Shown one piece after another: positions 30,199-49,224 of a DNA stretch of 64,000 nt; position 1 is the first letter of the stretch, and each line of letters opens with the position of its first letter. Location of the stretch: NCBI RefSeq assembly GCF_009914755.1, contig NC_060933.1; one strand, written 5' to 3'. The stretch comes from the human T2T-CHM13v2.0 reference genome, Homo sapiens. A program made the position numbers and the translations under genes. Under the pieces are notes generated by a model. It was not told the DNA's origin, did not search any database, and saw nothing but the letters and a program-made list of their open reading frames with translations.

Positions 30199-31209
30199 CT
30201 GGAAAATAAAATCCTCAAGGCCAGTTAAAAACTTTTGTTTTCCAGTCAAATCCCTTGTAAAAGGCAACTAGGGGAGTTGCTGGCCTGTGATAGGTTTGGC
30301 CTGGCCTGGCCTGGCCTGATGTGGAGGCAGGTGGGCGTCTAGGGCACACTTAGGTTAAATTGTTTGAAATGGGAGGAGGGAAGAGGAGTCAGCTGGAAGT
30401 TCGAAAAGTGAGGCCACTTTGGTTTCACTCCTACCCCAGGACAATTACTCAATGCCCCTGGACCTCGGTTTCTCCATGTGTAAACTGAGACTCATTTGAT
30501 AAGCAGGGGAGTCTCCACTCCCCTGCTTTCTAACACTTGTGGAGGAGACCTGGCTCTCACGTGCGGCCACATCTGGTTTCCAGGATTTGTTCCCAGAGGA
30601 CGGCAGTCAGGTGGGATGGAAAATTTTCTGTGGGATGGAAGTCAAGAGTCCTGGGCTCTCGGTCCAGCGTATGACTTCAGGCGAGGCCCCTCCCTTCCCC
30701 GGCCCTTGGCTTCTTCCAATCCCTGATAAAGAGGTTTTACCACCTGTCCTGTCCTCTTCCAAGAAGCTGTGTGTAATTCAGTCACAGAATAGGAACCTGG
30801 GACCGCCAGAGCCCAGACCCAGGGGTCACGTTTTGCATTCCCTTGTTCTTAGATATAGCTGATGTATTTGGGAAAAGTGATAAAAATTCCTTGTTTTTTT
30901 GTCACTGTGAGGAACCAGGTTAAGGGGTTTTGCATGGTTTTATGCATGGTGAGCCACCAGTCTGAAGATAGTTATATAGATCCTTGACCATGCTAATATA
31001 TATACATGCTAATTATATACAGTGTCATTTTTATGTAAGCTCAGGCTTCCCAGCTATGAGGCTAACAAGCTATGTGACTTTGGGCCAGTGACTTCAGTTT
31101 TCTATGCCTCAGTTTCCCCAATGGAAAATGAAAAAAATCATTGGTCTAGAGGATCTTTTAGGGCTTTATATTTCCGAGCTGCCAGGAGTCTATGATCCTT
31201 TTAATGCAT

Positions 31210-31350
31210 TGTGTGTGTTCATGCATGTGTGCGTGCATGCATGTGCACGTGTGTGCATGTCTGCACATGTGTGCACATGTGTGATCGTGCGTGCCTGTGT
31301 GTGCGGGTATATGTACGTGTGTGTGCATGTGTGTTGCCTCTGTGTGCACA
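31210..31350. repeat. Degenerate (TG)n/(TGCA)n tract
   Basis: gtgtgtgttcatgcatgtgtgcgtgcatgcatgtgcacgtgtg... Confidence 0.85.
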
Positions 31351-31452
31351 TCTGAACAAGCCCACAAGGTTCTAGGCAGGATGGCTTCTCACGTAGCCCT
31401 ATCTATAGCAATGATAACTGTGCAGATACTTGATATTTAGCTTTACTGGCAC

Positions 31453-31626
31453 CTGTTTGCAGGGTGTCAGAGCTCCTAACAGCACAGTTAAGGATCTGTC
31501 CAAGTTTCCATTGTCCTTTGAACAACTGGACTCCAGAGTGTGGGTGTGAAAATTAGACTGTGATGTTAGCCTGCCAAGCTGCACATCCGAGTTATAATTC
31601 TACAACATTTAAGGTGAAGCCACCAT
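31453..31626 (-). pseudogene. Pseudo-exon P1 (possible first coding exon)
   Basis: aaaATGG at 31626 is in frame with MVASP*ML*NYNSDVQLGRL...NLDRSLTVLLGALTPCKQ; weak donor CAG|GTGCCA, phase 0. 5' end uncertain. Confidence 0.4.
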
Positions 31627-32673
31627 TTTAAAAATCAGGAGTTGGCAACTGCACACAGGAAAAGTTGCCTAATTTCCACCTCTATAGTCATTTTCAAGAA
31701 CAAATTAAACTTTGTATTTTCAAAATTTAAAAAATTCTAAATTTAAAACCTATGTGTATACCTCTTGCTTTCTCTAGCCCAACACCTGATATGGTCAGGA
31801 TACTCAGTAAATATTTGAGAAATAAATGAATGAATATTTTGGCTTTCTTACATGGAATCTTAGTTTGCTAGGAACCTTAGATCAGATGTGGCATAATGGC
31901 AGTTTATGGGCTGAGTCTGCCTTGCAGATATGTTTTATTTGGCCTGAACATTGTTATTAAAATATTTGGACTACGTGTCAATATTTTAAAATCAAGAGGT
32001 TTCACACAAAACTGAGCAGATCTAATAACAACATCCACATTCCTACATGTCAACAGTCCGCTGGAGCTGGGTAGTGTGGAGGCATGAACGCTCTAGTATG
32101 CCCCAGTCCCCACCACTCCCACGTAACTCACAGCTATTATATAATTTTAGCCTAAGATCAGAGATAATCTAGAATTTCCTCCTCCTTAAAACCTGCGCTA
32201 AATTTCCTATCAGGTAATGATAAAAAGATCATCCAGGTATTAGTCACTGACCTCCTCAGATGAGCAAATTTCCAATTGTTAAATAAGGACATAAAGATAT
32301 CCTCAGATTCCTATATACAAATCTCACAACCTGTCTTTGGGGTAAGGATGTTTGTGTGACAAGTGCATGTGACTTTCAGTGCCTCTCATGAATTGACGGC
32401 TGCTTTGGTGGAGTCAGATTGATGCTTCCCTTTGAACTAACTACAAAAAAAAAAAGCACTTGCCCAGCAAATTTATCCTGTGCACATTTTAAGATTGAGA
32501 TTTAAATTCCTTATAGGTTAAATGAGTTCAATTTCCCACAGGCACCATGAAAGTGTACCTTTAAATGTAATGTATAGGCTTGTTATAGATTCTTCTTTGC
32601 TATTCAGTAAAGTAGACCTTCCCCTCCATTTAGGATCTTGATTACCATGTGTTTAGTGAATAACTATGTGTAA

Positions 32674-33077
<404 letters not shown>

Positions 33078-33589
33078 TCATCTCCCTGGTTACTCCAATT
33101 TTTTTAATTTCTCTTTGTGGGATCATAGCCCTACATGTTAACACACTACCTGGACACATAGCATTCATTTAGCAGATGTTTATTGAATGAATAAGAAATA
33201 AGAGAATGAGAGGTGCTTTTCTATGCATACATGATCACCAAATACTCTCCTGGCCAGAGCCAACAACAGAATGGTTGTGGGAACTCTTTTCCTCACCTAT
33301 TGAGTAGCCCGGGTGTGAGAGTCAGTATTAGGTTCTAATAATCATGAGAGCTCTATGGCGATATTTTCAGGTTCATTTAACTTCTCCACAAGTAATTTAC
33401 ATAATAAGGTAAATCACATTGTAAAACAGGCACCATTTGAAATTTGGCCAGCTCTAGCCTGGCCAGTCTCAGCATCACCGTGAACCACTGGCACATGAAG
33501 AGCCCTCTTGCCTCAGCATTCCATGACCATTTGGTGCAGTTACTGCATTAGCCACTTTTATCATTCTCCCATAGATGAACATATGCCAT

Positions 33590-36130
<2,541 letters not shown>

Positions 36131-36497
36131 ATGGGAGATCACATGCTGTTTTTGAAAACGAGTTAAAGTGGTAAACAATCAGGAGTTTAAAAATATGCAT
36201 CTATCTTTGGTTTTACTGACAATCGTGTGATATTTTGTTAAACATACCATTTAATAGAAAGAAAACAAACTTTAACCTCTAATGAGGCTGATATTCTCAA
36301 TATTTACTTTAAAAATGTGATAAGCTTAGAGTTATTAGAAAAGGCCTTTGACATTTTTGTTTTTACAAATCAACTGCTTTCAATAAAGACTTGAATAAAT
36401 GAAGCCATATTTTTATGTTATGTAAATAATATTTTTGAAATACATTAAAAAATCTGTATTATATAACATGTTATAATTATATGGCTTTTTGTTTAAT

Positions 36498-37035
<538 letters not shown>

Positions 37036-38230
37036 TAACTAAATCCGTGACCTCTACCAGATAGATTCGAAAAGAGATGAGAGTTTGCAAACCCTTCTCC
37101 CCTCAGTTACAACCCCTGAATTTCTTCTATCGCAATACTTAGCCTTTCTGGGGCCAGAACATGCCCCAGCATCTTACTGCCATTAAAACCCTTTATGGTA
37201 ATGAAAATCTGTAGGCCTTCCCTGTGGGGATCCTTAAGAAGCATGAGCACTTGCTTTCACTGCTTAATTCATTTTATAATTGTGTGTTTTAGTTTTTTGA
37301 ATTTATATTTGGATAATACATTCCCTGTTAAACATACATATTTGGGTAACCAATCTCCTATTAACATATATTCTACCTGATTATATAACAATAGAAGGGA
37401 TCATAAGTAATAATTTTTGACCGTTTACTATGTTAGGCACTGTGCTGAGCACATTTTCTGCATTATCTAGTTTAATTTTCTCAACCACTCTATGAGAGAG
37501 CAACTCTCATTATTCACATTTTACAGCCATGGAAACTGAGGCACAATGAGATTTAGGGGACTTGCCCAAGATTGTGTAGTTGTATCATTATTACTCCAAG
37601 TCAGGGCTTAAGCCTGATGTAGGGTCAACTGTGAAGTGCAGGCATGTCACAAAGACTTTGGATTATTCATTATGGGTAGTCACACATTGATGTTTGCAGG
37701 GCAGTGAGGTATTGTCTCACTCTCTTGCATCACCATAAGCTCCCTGCTGTGGAAGAGAAGGCGTGGGCACACACAGCTAGCTACAGGAAGTCCCATCAAA
37801 CCTGGGACATGCCCACAGAAGCATGGCTCACCTGGGAGCATCACCTGTCCTGCCTATCATGGTGGACAATATCTGAGAACTGCTGCTTAAGGAAAAGTGG
37901 GATGTGTGGAGCATCACTTATGTTCCTGATGCCCCCCACCCCAAAGTCAGTCAGGCCTTTATTTTCTACCTACTGTCCTCTCATAAAAAGCTCCAACTCC
38001 CAGTGTCTCTTTTGATCTGTGGCCTAAATCTCTCTGCAAGTACACCAGCACCACCTGCCAAGCCCATTATCTGTCTGTCCGGGCTCTGTGCTGGGTGGGC
38101 CCTGCTCACTTACAGCCCTCCCAGAGGCAGGATCACACCCCGGTCTCCTGATCTTACAGCCACTACTCTTACTGAAACAGCACTGTGGTGTTATGCATAG
38201 TACACCTTTTAAAAAATGATGCATTAGTTA

Positions 38231-39144
<914 letters not shown>

Positions 39145-40159
39145 TCATCCTCCTCTCGTAAATCTGAAGAAGAACGCTGGTTTTTATTCTAGATCTGTCC
39201 TGAAATTCCTTGGGCAAATCTTTCCTTGCTCTGTGCCTCAGTTCCCCTAATGGGAGAGTGTGTGCACTGATGATCTCTAAGCATCCTTGCAGCTATAAAC
39301 TTCTTTGACTCCCTAAGGTACTGGGGGCTGAGTTAAAGTGAAGCCCATGAGGATAACTCCAATCCCCCCAATAGGAATCTGCTTTAGCAGTAAGCCCACA
39401 CCTAGAAGCCTGCTTATGTTTGAAGAAGAGAAGGGAACAATTGGTTGATGTTATGTTTCTTGAGATACCCATCTCCAGGGGTGACGTTCAAAATATTTAA
39501 CCACCAGTGTGTTGTGAGCACAGACCCGTCAGGAGGTTAGAAGGCAGCGGGTAGGGCCAGCAGGGACTGTGGCCAGAGAGCATGCCCCGTCCTCCTCTTA
39601 GCTCTGCAGGGCACTGCTCACCTCGCTGCTTTCCTGGGCCTTTCTCCAGCTTTTTTTTTGGTCTGCCTCTTCCTGCCTGATTCTCCATCCAGGGCCCCAG
39701 CTTAACCCCCTTTTGGCTTCTTCTCTCTCCGGAGCCACCTGATACTCAACTCAACTCCTGTGAATATCTTTATGCATCCAAACAACAACTCAATCATATT
39801 CATCACTCAGCAGATGCTCTTTCAGTGCCCTCTGTGCTCAGACTGGAGTCGGCTGCCTTGACCCCTCACCTCCTCTCCTTCAAAAATGTTAGAGGCAGGG
39901 ATGGGCTGGAGGATTGAGACCTGAGTCCTAGCCTCTCTCTGCCCCTTGTCTGCCTTTGACCTTGGACAAGTCCCTCCCTGTCCTGGGGTTTCAGATTCCT
40001 TACTTGTAAAACGAGGAACACCATGGATTCCATGAGCTCTGAGGTCCCTTCTGTTCGATGATGAGTTTCTGGAGAAGTGCAAGTCTTCAGCAGCTGACCA
40101 CTCTCTCTTTCTCTCTCTCTCTTTCTCTCTCTCCTGCCCCCCCACAACCTCCAATGTAG

Positions 40160-40316
40160 AATGCACTGCTGCCTGCAGGCCTGAGGCAGAAGGATCAGAC
40201 CACCAAGGCGCCCACGGGCCCCTTTAAAAGAGAGGAGCTCTTGGATCACTTGGAAAAGCAAGCAAAGGAGTTTAAGGACCGAGAAGATCTGGTCCCCTAC
40301 ACAGGGGAAAAACGAG
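40160..40316 (+). CDS. TMOD1: Tropomodulin-1 exon 3 (157 nt), aa 41-93
   Basis: CT-rich tract then tgtag|AAT; NALLPAGLRQKDQTTKAPTGPFKREELLDHLEKQAKEFKDREDLVPYTGEKR; donor GAG|GTACTG, phase 1. Confidence 0.98.
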
Positions 40317-40656
40317 GTACTGAACAATGTTACTGTTATAATATGCCACTCCCCATGCACCATTGAGTGCCGACTGTATGCCAGGCCCTGCCAGGCCCTG
40401 TGTTGGGCCAAATGTGACTGGGCCTCCTTGTCCTCATCCCTGCCTGGCCAAAACACCCAAACCCAACTTCAAAAGCATCTATGGATGATGTAGATTTCAT
40501 GAAGTTTTGGGGGTAGACTGAGGAAAGACTCCTATCCACTCAAATCAGCAAAACTTTTCCCTAAACCCTCTTTCACTAGGATGTCCTGATTATTTTTTTA
40601 CGCAAACCTAAACAGTTTTGAGAGTAAAAGAAGAAACTGTTAATAACGACATCAGG

Positions 40657-40977
<321 letters not shown>

Positions 40978-42761
40978 CTAGAGATGCACTAACCATCTCC
41001 ACCCAGATTCTCTCTGCTCTTTCTCCAAAGTTCCTCTCTCTGGCAGCTGCAGCTTCCCTTCCTTCGTCTGTCCCATTATACTCTCTGCTCCAGCCTGAGG
41101 CAAGCCATCTTGAAGGCCCCAGGAAACAGAGAGGGCCTCCCTGACCATCCATTCTAAGACTTCCCGTTGCTCTCCAAACCCTCTGCCCCCCTCCAATATC
41201 CCCCTCATCCCATTGTTCCACAGGCCTCCTTCTGCTGTTCTCAAACTTTCCACCTCAGGACCTTTGCACATACTCCCTATGCCTGGAGTGCTGGTCCTGC
41301 TGCCCAGCTCCATGCTGTCTTCTTCATGGCTGGCTCCTCCTGCCCGGTAAGATATAATAGTCAGAAACAGCCTGGAGCTACATCTATTTGAGTTGCAATC
41401 CTGGCACTACCACTTACTAGCTGTGTGAACATATGTAAATGTTTTAACCTACTGTGCCTCCATTTCCTTCTCTGTAAAACAGGGATGATGAAAATACCAG
41501 CCTCATGAGGTTGTAATGAAGGTTAAGTGAGTTCAGATCTCTGTCAAGCGCTTAGAACAGCATCTGGCAGGAAATGAATGCTACTTAAGTATTAGTTGTT
41601 ATTGTCCTTTGGGTCTCAACTGTACAGTCTTCTCTTTCAGGGAAGCCATCCCTGTCTACTCTGTTCAGGACAGGCAGTCCCTCTCCAACTTCCTGGCTTG
41701 GTTATTTTCCAACACAGGAGCCTGTGTGTGTCCTTCAGAGCAACTCACATCTTATCAGCATCTCTTTATTTTTCATCTGTCTCTCTCACTAGCCTGTAAA
41801 CTCCCTGAGGGCAACCACTTGGGCTGTTTTTGCTCAAGTGGTACTCCCAGCATGCAGCCAGTGCGAGGCCTGCCATATAGTAGGGGTGAGTAGAGAGTTG
41901 TTGGATGAATGGATGAGCTAAAATTAAATAAATGTTTAATGGATTTGTGCACTACTTCATTAGAATACCAGCTACAGGAATGTAAAGACCATATCTGTCT
42001 TGTTCATCATTTTGTTCCTGGCACCTAATAAATCCGTAGCACATAGAAGGCACCTAATAAATATTTGTTGAATGAAAGCACTAATTCTAATTAATTAATT
42101 GTGTAATTAATTGTTTCTTTTCAGTCTCTTCCATTCCCTCCACCCCTAAGAATGCAAGCATTGTGAGCCCCAGGTCCACATCTGTGGCTGGCTTCCCTGT
42201 ATCGCAGTTGTATTTGCACAATGCCCGGCACTAAGTAGCTGCTTCATAAAATGAGTACGCACATGGGGGTAGACATTGTGCAGAGGACTTCAAACCATTC
42301 CAAATCCTGGACTTGGAGCTCAGTCCAGGTTTCACTGAAAACTGGAAGTCCAGGGAGGCCTAAGGGGCATCTAGATTATAGAACTTCTGAATTTTGAAAG
42401 GATTGCGTGGTCAGAGGGATCCTGGAGGGGGTGGCAGGAGAGAAGGTGAGGACGAGGGCAGGGAGTGGGGATGGGCAGCAGACCTGGGTGGACACCTAGC
42501 GAGGTGAGTCATTGCTGGTGTCCACTTCCTCATGTACCCACACCCCTCCCAGGGGAGGACCTGGAGGATGGTGTGAGGGATGGGGAAGGGAGTCTGAACG
42601 GTACAGAAATCAGTCCTGCCACTCCTCCAGCTCTGGACTGGGCAGAGCTGGGGAAAGCTCTCTAGCCTCCCAGAGCTGGACTGTCTTCATGAAAAACCAG
42701 GCTGACCAAGGAGAATAGTTAGCATTCATTCTACTTCCATACAGCAACAAGCCCAAAAGGT

Positions 42762-42790
42762 TCATCATCATCGTCATCATCATCATCATC
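42762..42790. repeat. (CAT)n trinucleotide repeat with one interruption
   Basis: tcatcatcatcgtcatcatcatcatcatc. Confidence 0.9.
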
Positions 42791-43869
42791 TTGGAGTATT
42801 TGAATGCTAGTTGTTGGAGTTCTTATGACTTGAATAAGTGGAGGTCTCAGAGCCAGTGGGGCAGGAGACCCTCCAGCTCTGACTGGCAGGCTCAGGGCCA
42901 TTCACTCCAGCCTCTACCAAGCACTTCCCCCACACCAGGCCTACAGTCAGCTTGGGCTGCTGGGAAACAGCACCCCACACCGCAAGACCTGATAGTATGT
43001 GGGAAGAGCCATAAACTGGCACAAAGCCCTGAGGAATTTGGAAAGGGAGGCCTTCTCATTCAAGTGTGAGAGACCAGAATATAGCTCCAGGCAGGATGTT
43101 TTCATTAGAATTAGATTTGGCTGCATGTGCTGGGGGGATAAATAAAAGTAACAGAGACTTAATCGAGGAATTTAATTTTCTTAGGCATTCCAGGGCTAGT
43201 AAGGCATATTCCTTAGCATCGTGGATCACAACCCTTTCCAGCTTTTCATTCTGCCACCCCTACAACCTGTCTTTGTCCTCATGGTCTATCTGGCTGCTGA
43301 AGCTCCAGCCATCACATTCACATGCCACTAGTAAGATGAAGGGAAGAAGTCTAGGTACCTCTTACAGTGGCTCAGAGTCACCATCCTCACTGGAGGAACC
43401 TGTTATGGGGTATAATAAACCACAGGTCTTAAATATTTATTGAATATTCATCTCAGCCATTGCATTAGTCATTTTAATACTTGAGTTCCTTTTTAGGGGT
43501 TTTATTTTCCTTGTGTGTTTTCCTCTTTTCTGGATCCCTGGAATCTGATATTAACAGAGGTTATGATACATTTTTTTCCCCAAATGATTCTGTTGTGTGT
43601 TTTGCTGATAGAGGTAATTGATATTTGCTGTAAACAGTTTACACAATAAAGCTAATTGATTCACAATCATTTCCTCACTGAAAATAAGCACTGATCCCAT
43701 TTTAGGGAATATCTTTCTGGACATTTCTCTATGCGCTTCCCACTCCCTCTCAACCTTCACCACTATGACCCTGGTATTGCACCCACACCAACCTCCTAAT
43801 CATCTCCGTACCTCCACCCGCCCTCCCTTCAGCTTATCCTCCATCAACAGCTACTGTGAGCTGTGTAGG

Positions 43870-44962
43870 TTTTTGTAAATTGAGGTAAAACTTATATAAC
43901 ATAAAATTAACCATTTAAAAATGAACAATCCACAACATTGTGCAACCACCACCTCTATCAAGGCCCAAAACACTTTCATTGCTCCAAAATAAAACCCTGT
44001 ACCTATTACAGTTAGTTACTCTCCCACTCCCTCTGCCCCAGCCCCTAGTACCACCAATCTGTATCTATGGATTTACTTATTTTGTATACTTTCTACAAAT
44101 GAAATCATACAATATGTGACTTTGTGTGTCTGGCTTCTTTCACTGAGCACAATGTTTTCCAGACTCATCCATGTTGTAGCACGAATCAGTGCTTTATTCC
44201 TTTTTATACCTGAATGATATTCCACAATTTGTGTATCCATTCATCCACTGGTAAACAGTCAGTTATTTCCACCTTCTGGCTATTGTGATTAATGCTGCTT
44301 TGAACATTCTTGTAGAAGTATTTGTTCGAATACCTGTTTTTAATTCTTTGGGAGTATATACCTATGGGTGGAATTGATGAATGATATAGTAATTCTATGT
44401 TTAATTTTTTGAGTAACTGCTAAACTTCTTTTCCATAGCAACCATACCACTTTACACTCCAATCAGCAATGTACGAGGGCTCCAATTTTCCACATTGTTG
44501 CCAACATGAATTTTCCATTTTTTAAAATTGTAGCCATCCTCATGGGTGTGAAGTGGTATCTCATTGTAGTTTTGATTTGCATCTCCCTAACAAGCCATGA
44601 TGTTGAGCATCTTTTCATGTGCTTGTTGGCCATATGTATATCCTCTTTGGAGAAATGTTTATTCAAGTCTTTTACCCATTTTAAAATTGGGTTGTTTTTC
44701 CTTTTGTTGTTGAGTTGTAAAAGTTCTTTCTGTATTCTAGATACTAGACCTTATCACATATATGGTTTTTGAATATTTTTCCCCTTCTGTGTATTGTCAT
44801 TTCAATTTCTTGATAGTATCCTTAGATGCTCAAAACTTTTAAATTCTGATGAAGTCCAGTTGATCTATTTTTTCTTTTGTTGCTCGTGTTTTTGTTATCA
44901 TATCTAGGACTCCACTGCCAATTCTAAGGTCATAGAGACATAACCTTATGTTTTCTTCTAAG

Positions 44963-45008
<46 letters not shown>

Positions 45009-46240
45009 TTTTAGATGGAGTCTTGCTCTGTCTCCCAGGCTGGAGTACAGTGACACAATCTTGGCCCACTGCAACCTCCACCTCCCGGGTTCAAGTGATG
45101 CTCCTGCCTCAGCCTCCTGAGTAGCTGGGACTACAGGCATGCACCATCACGCCCGGCTAATTTTTGTATTTTTAGTAGAGATGGGGTTTTGCCATGTTGG
45201 CTAGGCTGGTCTCGAACTCCTGACCTCAGGGGATCTGCCCATCTCACCTTTCCAAAGTGCTGGGATTACAGGCATGAGCCACTGCGCCCAGCCTGAATTT
45301 TATAGTCTTAACTTATATTTAAGTCATTCCATTTTAAGTTCAACTTTACATATGGTGTGAAATAGGGGTCCAACTTCATTCTCTTGCATGTGGATATTCA
45401 GTTGTCTCAATACCATTTGTTGAAGCGATTACTCTTTCCCCATTGAATGCACCTTGCACCCTAGTTGAAAATCAATTTGCTATAGATGTTTGAGTTTCTT
45501 TCTGGACTCTGAATTCTATTTCATTGTCTATCTATCTATCCTTACGCCAGCACTACACTGTTTAGCTTTTTAGTAAGTTTTGAAATCAATAAGTATGAGT
45601 GCTCTAACTTTGCTCTTTTTCAAGATTGTTTTGGCATTTGTCGCCCGTAATTCCATATGAATTTAAGGATCACCTTTTCTGTTTCTGGGAAAAGGACTGT
45701 TGGAACTTTGATAAGGATTATATTGGATCTGTAGATTGCTTTTGGTAGCATTGCCATCTTAATAATGTTAAGTGTTCCAATCCAAGAACTTAAAATATTT
45801 TTTCATTTATTTAGGTCTTTAATTTCCTTCAGTAATGTTTTATAATTTTCATTGTACAAGTCTTTCACCCCTTTGGTTGAATTTATTCCCAAGTTTTATT
45901 CTTTGGATGTATTATAAATGAAATTGTTTTCTTAATTTCCTTTTCAAATTTTTCATTGCTGATGTACAGAAACACTGCTAATTTTTGTATGTTGATCTTG
46001 TACCCTGCAATATTGCTGACTTTGTTAGTTCTAATAGGTTTTTTTGTGTGGAAATTCAGGGTTTTCTATACATAAGATTATGTCTTCTACAAATAGAAAC
46101 AATTTTACTTCTTCCTTTCCAGTTTGGATTCCACTGACTTCTTTTTCCTGTCTATTTATTCTGACTGAAACTTCCAGTGCAATGTTGAATAGCAGCAGTA
46201 AAAGTGGGCACCCTTGTCTTGTTCCTGATCTTAGGGGATC
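43870..46240 (-). mobile_element. L1M fragment (ORF2 end and 3' UTR) with nested Alu (45000-45293, -) carrying an (AT)n tail
   Basis: ORF 44463-44666(-) MNKHFSKEDIHMANKHMKRCSTS..REMQIKTTMRYH is the L1 ORF2 C-terminus. Confidence 0.92.
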
Positions 46241-47245
46241 ATTTCCTCACTTCTATCAGGTCCCAGGTCACAAGCTGTCATCTCAGTGAGGCGTCCTCTG
46301 ACTTCCCAAAACAGCGGTGCACACCCCACCCACAACCCATCCTGTCATCTTCTAGGCCCTTGTCCTGCTTTGTCTTCCTCCATAATGCTTAATACCATTC
46401 CATATCTTTATACGTTTATTATCGCTCTCCTTTCACTACATCAGAAGCTTTTGAGGATTTTACTCACTGCTGTCCCCTAGCCCCCAGAAAGGTGCCTGGC
46501 ACATAGGAAGCACTCAATAAATGTTGTTGAGTAAATAAATATACATATGCAATTTCTCATAAATGGAATTAAATTGTTAATGCTACTTTGTAAGCTTGCC
46601 TTTTTCACACAACATTTGTCCTAGGCATTCTCCTTCTTAGTAAGTAGCAATTGCCATCATCCTTTATACTAACTGCTGGAAGTCCATTGTATGGATGCAC
46701 CATAATTTCTTCACCAGTTCCTATGGGTGGGCATGACAGTGACTGTCCTCATACGTACCTCTTTACTCCCCTTATTCCGTTATGAATCTGACACTTTAAA
46801 AATATGATAATGAGGCAAGGATGCATTATTTTTCTCCCTTTTCATATTTTATTTGTTTGTTTAGAAATGTTTATACATTTTTCTCTCATTTCCCAAGGTC
46901 TCAGAACCTTTGGTTAAGGTATCCCATACCCTGGCATTCTATTATATTTTTCTTTCATATTTTTTTCCTACTTACAGATTGTTTGGTCATGACCAATGCT
47001 TTTGATAGAGGGTAGTCAGCTTGGACCAAGTTATAAAATCATTCTTTTCAAGTGTGAGGGGTGCTGTGTTGGAGATCCCTGATTCCTATTCTTTGGAGAA
47101 GTTGGTCCCCAGAGGGAGAAACCTGAAGGGACTCTCAGCATGGAGGGACCCACAGGGCTCTACAATGGTCCACGCAGGGCTGTGGGTCCACCAGAGGCTG
47201 TTCCATTGCAGCCACTCCCGTAACAGGTCCCCTGTGTGTTTGCAG

Positions 47246-47365
47246 GAAAGGTCTGGGTTCCTAAGCAGAAGCCACTGGATCCTGTGCTGGAAAGTGTGAC
47301 GCTGGAACCGGAGCTGGAGGAAGCCTTGGCAAATGCTTCAGATGCAGAACTCTGTGACATTGCAG
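47246..47365 (+). CDS. TMOD1: Tropomodulin-1 exon 4 (120 nt)
   Basis: ttgcag|GA; (G)KVWVPKQKPLDPVLESVTLEPELEEALANASDAELCDIA; donor CAG|GTAAGA. Confidence 0.98.
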
Positions 47366-49224
47366 GTAAGAGGCGTTCCAGGAGCTTTCCACATCCTCCA
47401 GAAGGATTTGACCCACATCTGCAGGGAGCCTTGTAGGGCTCATTTCAGCATGAACACCTTCTCTATTTCTAACAAGAACTAGAGGAGACCGAGAGTGTTC
47501 AAACAACAATCCATTCTCAAAAACCAAAACAAGGAAAATAGAGAGAAAACCACGCAAACCCACCACACCAGGGAGCCATCTGCTGTTGCCATGAGACCCC
47601 ATGCCAGAGGGACGTGGGTGTATCTCAGGGAGAGCCCACAGACGCCCTTTCCCAGCCATTAGCGTTGAATCCTGCCCAAACCATTTGGGAAGAGAGGATA
47701 GAGGGAAAACAGACAGAGGGCCTCTGGTTTCTTTGGCTTGGGAGGCTCACTAAGGGCTTGATTTTTACAACTTTGCACTTTGCCTGCAGTTGGCTCAGTG
47801 AGCCGGCTTTGAGGGGTCACCCTTGTATATCGCATATTTGCCCCATGCCCTCCATCTTCATATGTGTTTCCATATGATCTTCAAAAACTACCCCCAAAAC
47901 TCCAGAAGGTGGTCTGATATTCAGAGCCCTTTGCCCCACTCCCTGCCTCCCCCGACTTCTCTGCTGCTCCTGTCTAGTTTCTGTCCCACTGCTGTGGTGT
48001 TCCATCCCCACAGGAAGGTCAGGCTCTGGCCACATCCGGCACCTTGTGCACTCCCTCCCCACCTACTGTGCTCTCTGATCCAGGGAGTGGGTGGGTTTTT
48101 ATTCTGCAGGCTTGGAGACTGCTAATCATAGCCCAGGTGATGGCAGGAGGGTGGGCGGGGTGGGGAAAGGCTCGAGGCAGGTGGGCAGGGGAGAGGGTAG
48201 AAGGGGATGCCTGTGACTGATTGGCTGTGAGAGTGAGGTAGAAGAGTGAAGCAGGGTAACCTCAGACACTAAGTGGTGTCGGTGCCATTAGTGATGGATG
48301 GCAAGGGAGGAGCAGGAAGAGGGGAGATACAGAGTTCAGTTTACAACCTGTGGCACTTGAGGCACCTGTGGGCCACCCAAGTAGGGTCAGTTGTATAGGA
48401 AGTTCTGGAGTGCTACAGGAGGTTCCCATTCAAGATAGAGATTTGGGCATCATTAGTGTTGTCAAGCTCCAGAAAGAATACATGGCCCTTGTAGAAGCCT
48501 TTGGTGGTGGGGGTTGGGGGCGGGGGTGCAAATCGTGGGAATGGGGCAAAGCTGGAATGTGGATCAGTTAGCCACAAATAGGCTGAGAACCAAAGGCCAA
48601 ATCAAGATGGGCAGAATTGGATGCAGGAGCCACAGAGACAGAGTGAGGGTTCAGGGCTGGCCAGGAGACTCAGAGGCATGTAAGCCCAGAGGCCACGGCG
48701 GAGGTGGGAGGGCACCAGCACCAGCACCAGGGACTTGACAGGCCACAGCTGCCTTCTGCGACTTGTGAGTAGTGTTGTGCATGACTTTGGTGACATTCGT
48801 TCAGGGGTGGGGGAGCCACTGGGGGATGTGCAGGGGCAGTGAGAAGACTCAACTATACACAAGGGGCACTCTGGGTGGTGACAGGTGAAGCCAGGTCTGG
48901 GGGACCTGAGGAGTGAATGCGGAAAGCCAGTGTGTAGATCCCAAGTCCAGACAGCCCTTTCCTCAGGAGACAGGGAATTTGAAGGACAAAGGGCAATGGC
49001 TTGAAGGGTATTGGGACTGAGAGAGAATGGTTTTCCCTTTCACTATGAAGTACAGAAGCAGTGAGTGCTTCACCCAGCTGGGAAGGTAGCACTTAACTCC
49101 GGAACCTAGTTTGCTAGGGCAGGGATTTATTCTGTCAGAAGCCACACGAGTCACAGTAGATCCTCCATTGAGCCCGTATATTATACATCACACTTCAACC
49201 AAACCATCTCCCCGAAGTCCCTTG

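Noticed and set aside
36140-36495. AT-rich block with AATAAA resembling a retrocopied 3' UTR
   Set aside because: No poly(A) tail or TSD; could be an old DNA-transposon fragment and cannot be assigned by eye
39866-40456. 196-aa minus-strand ORF
   Set aside because: Antisense shadow of TMOD1 exon 3 plus a CT tract and MIR sequence; no supporting splice context
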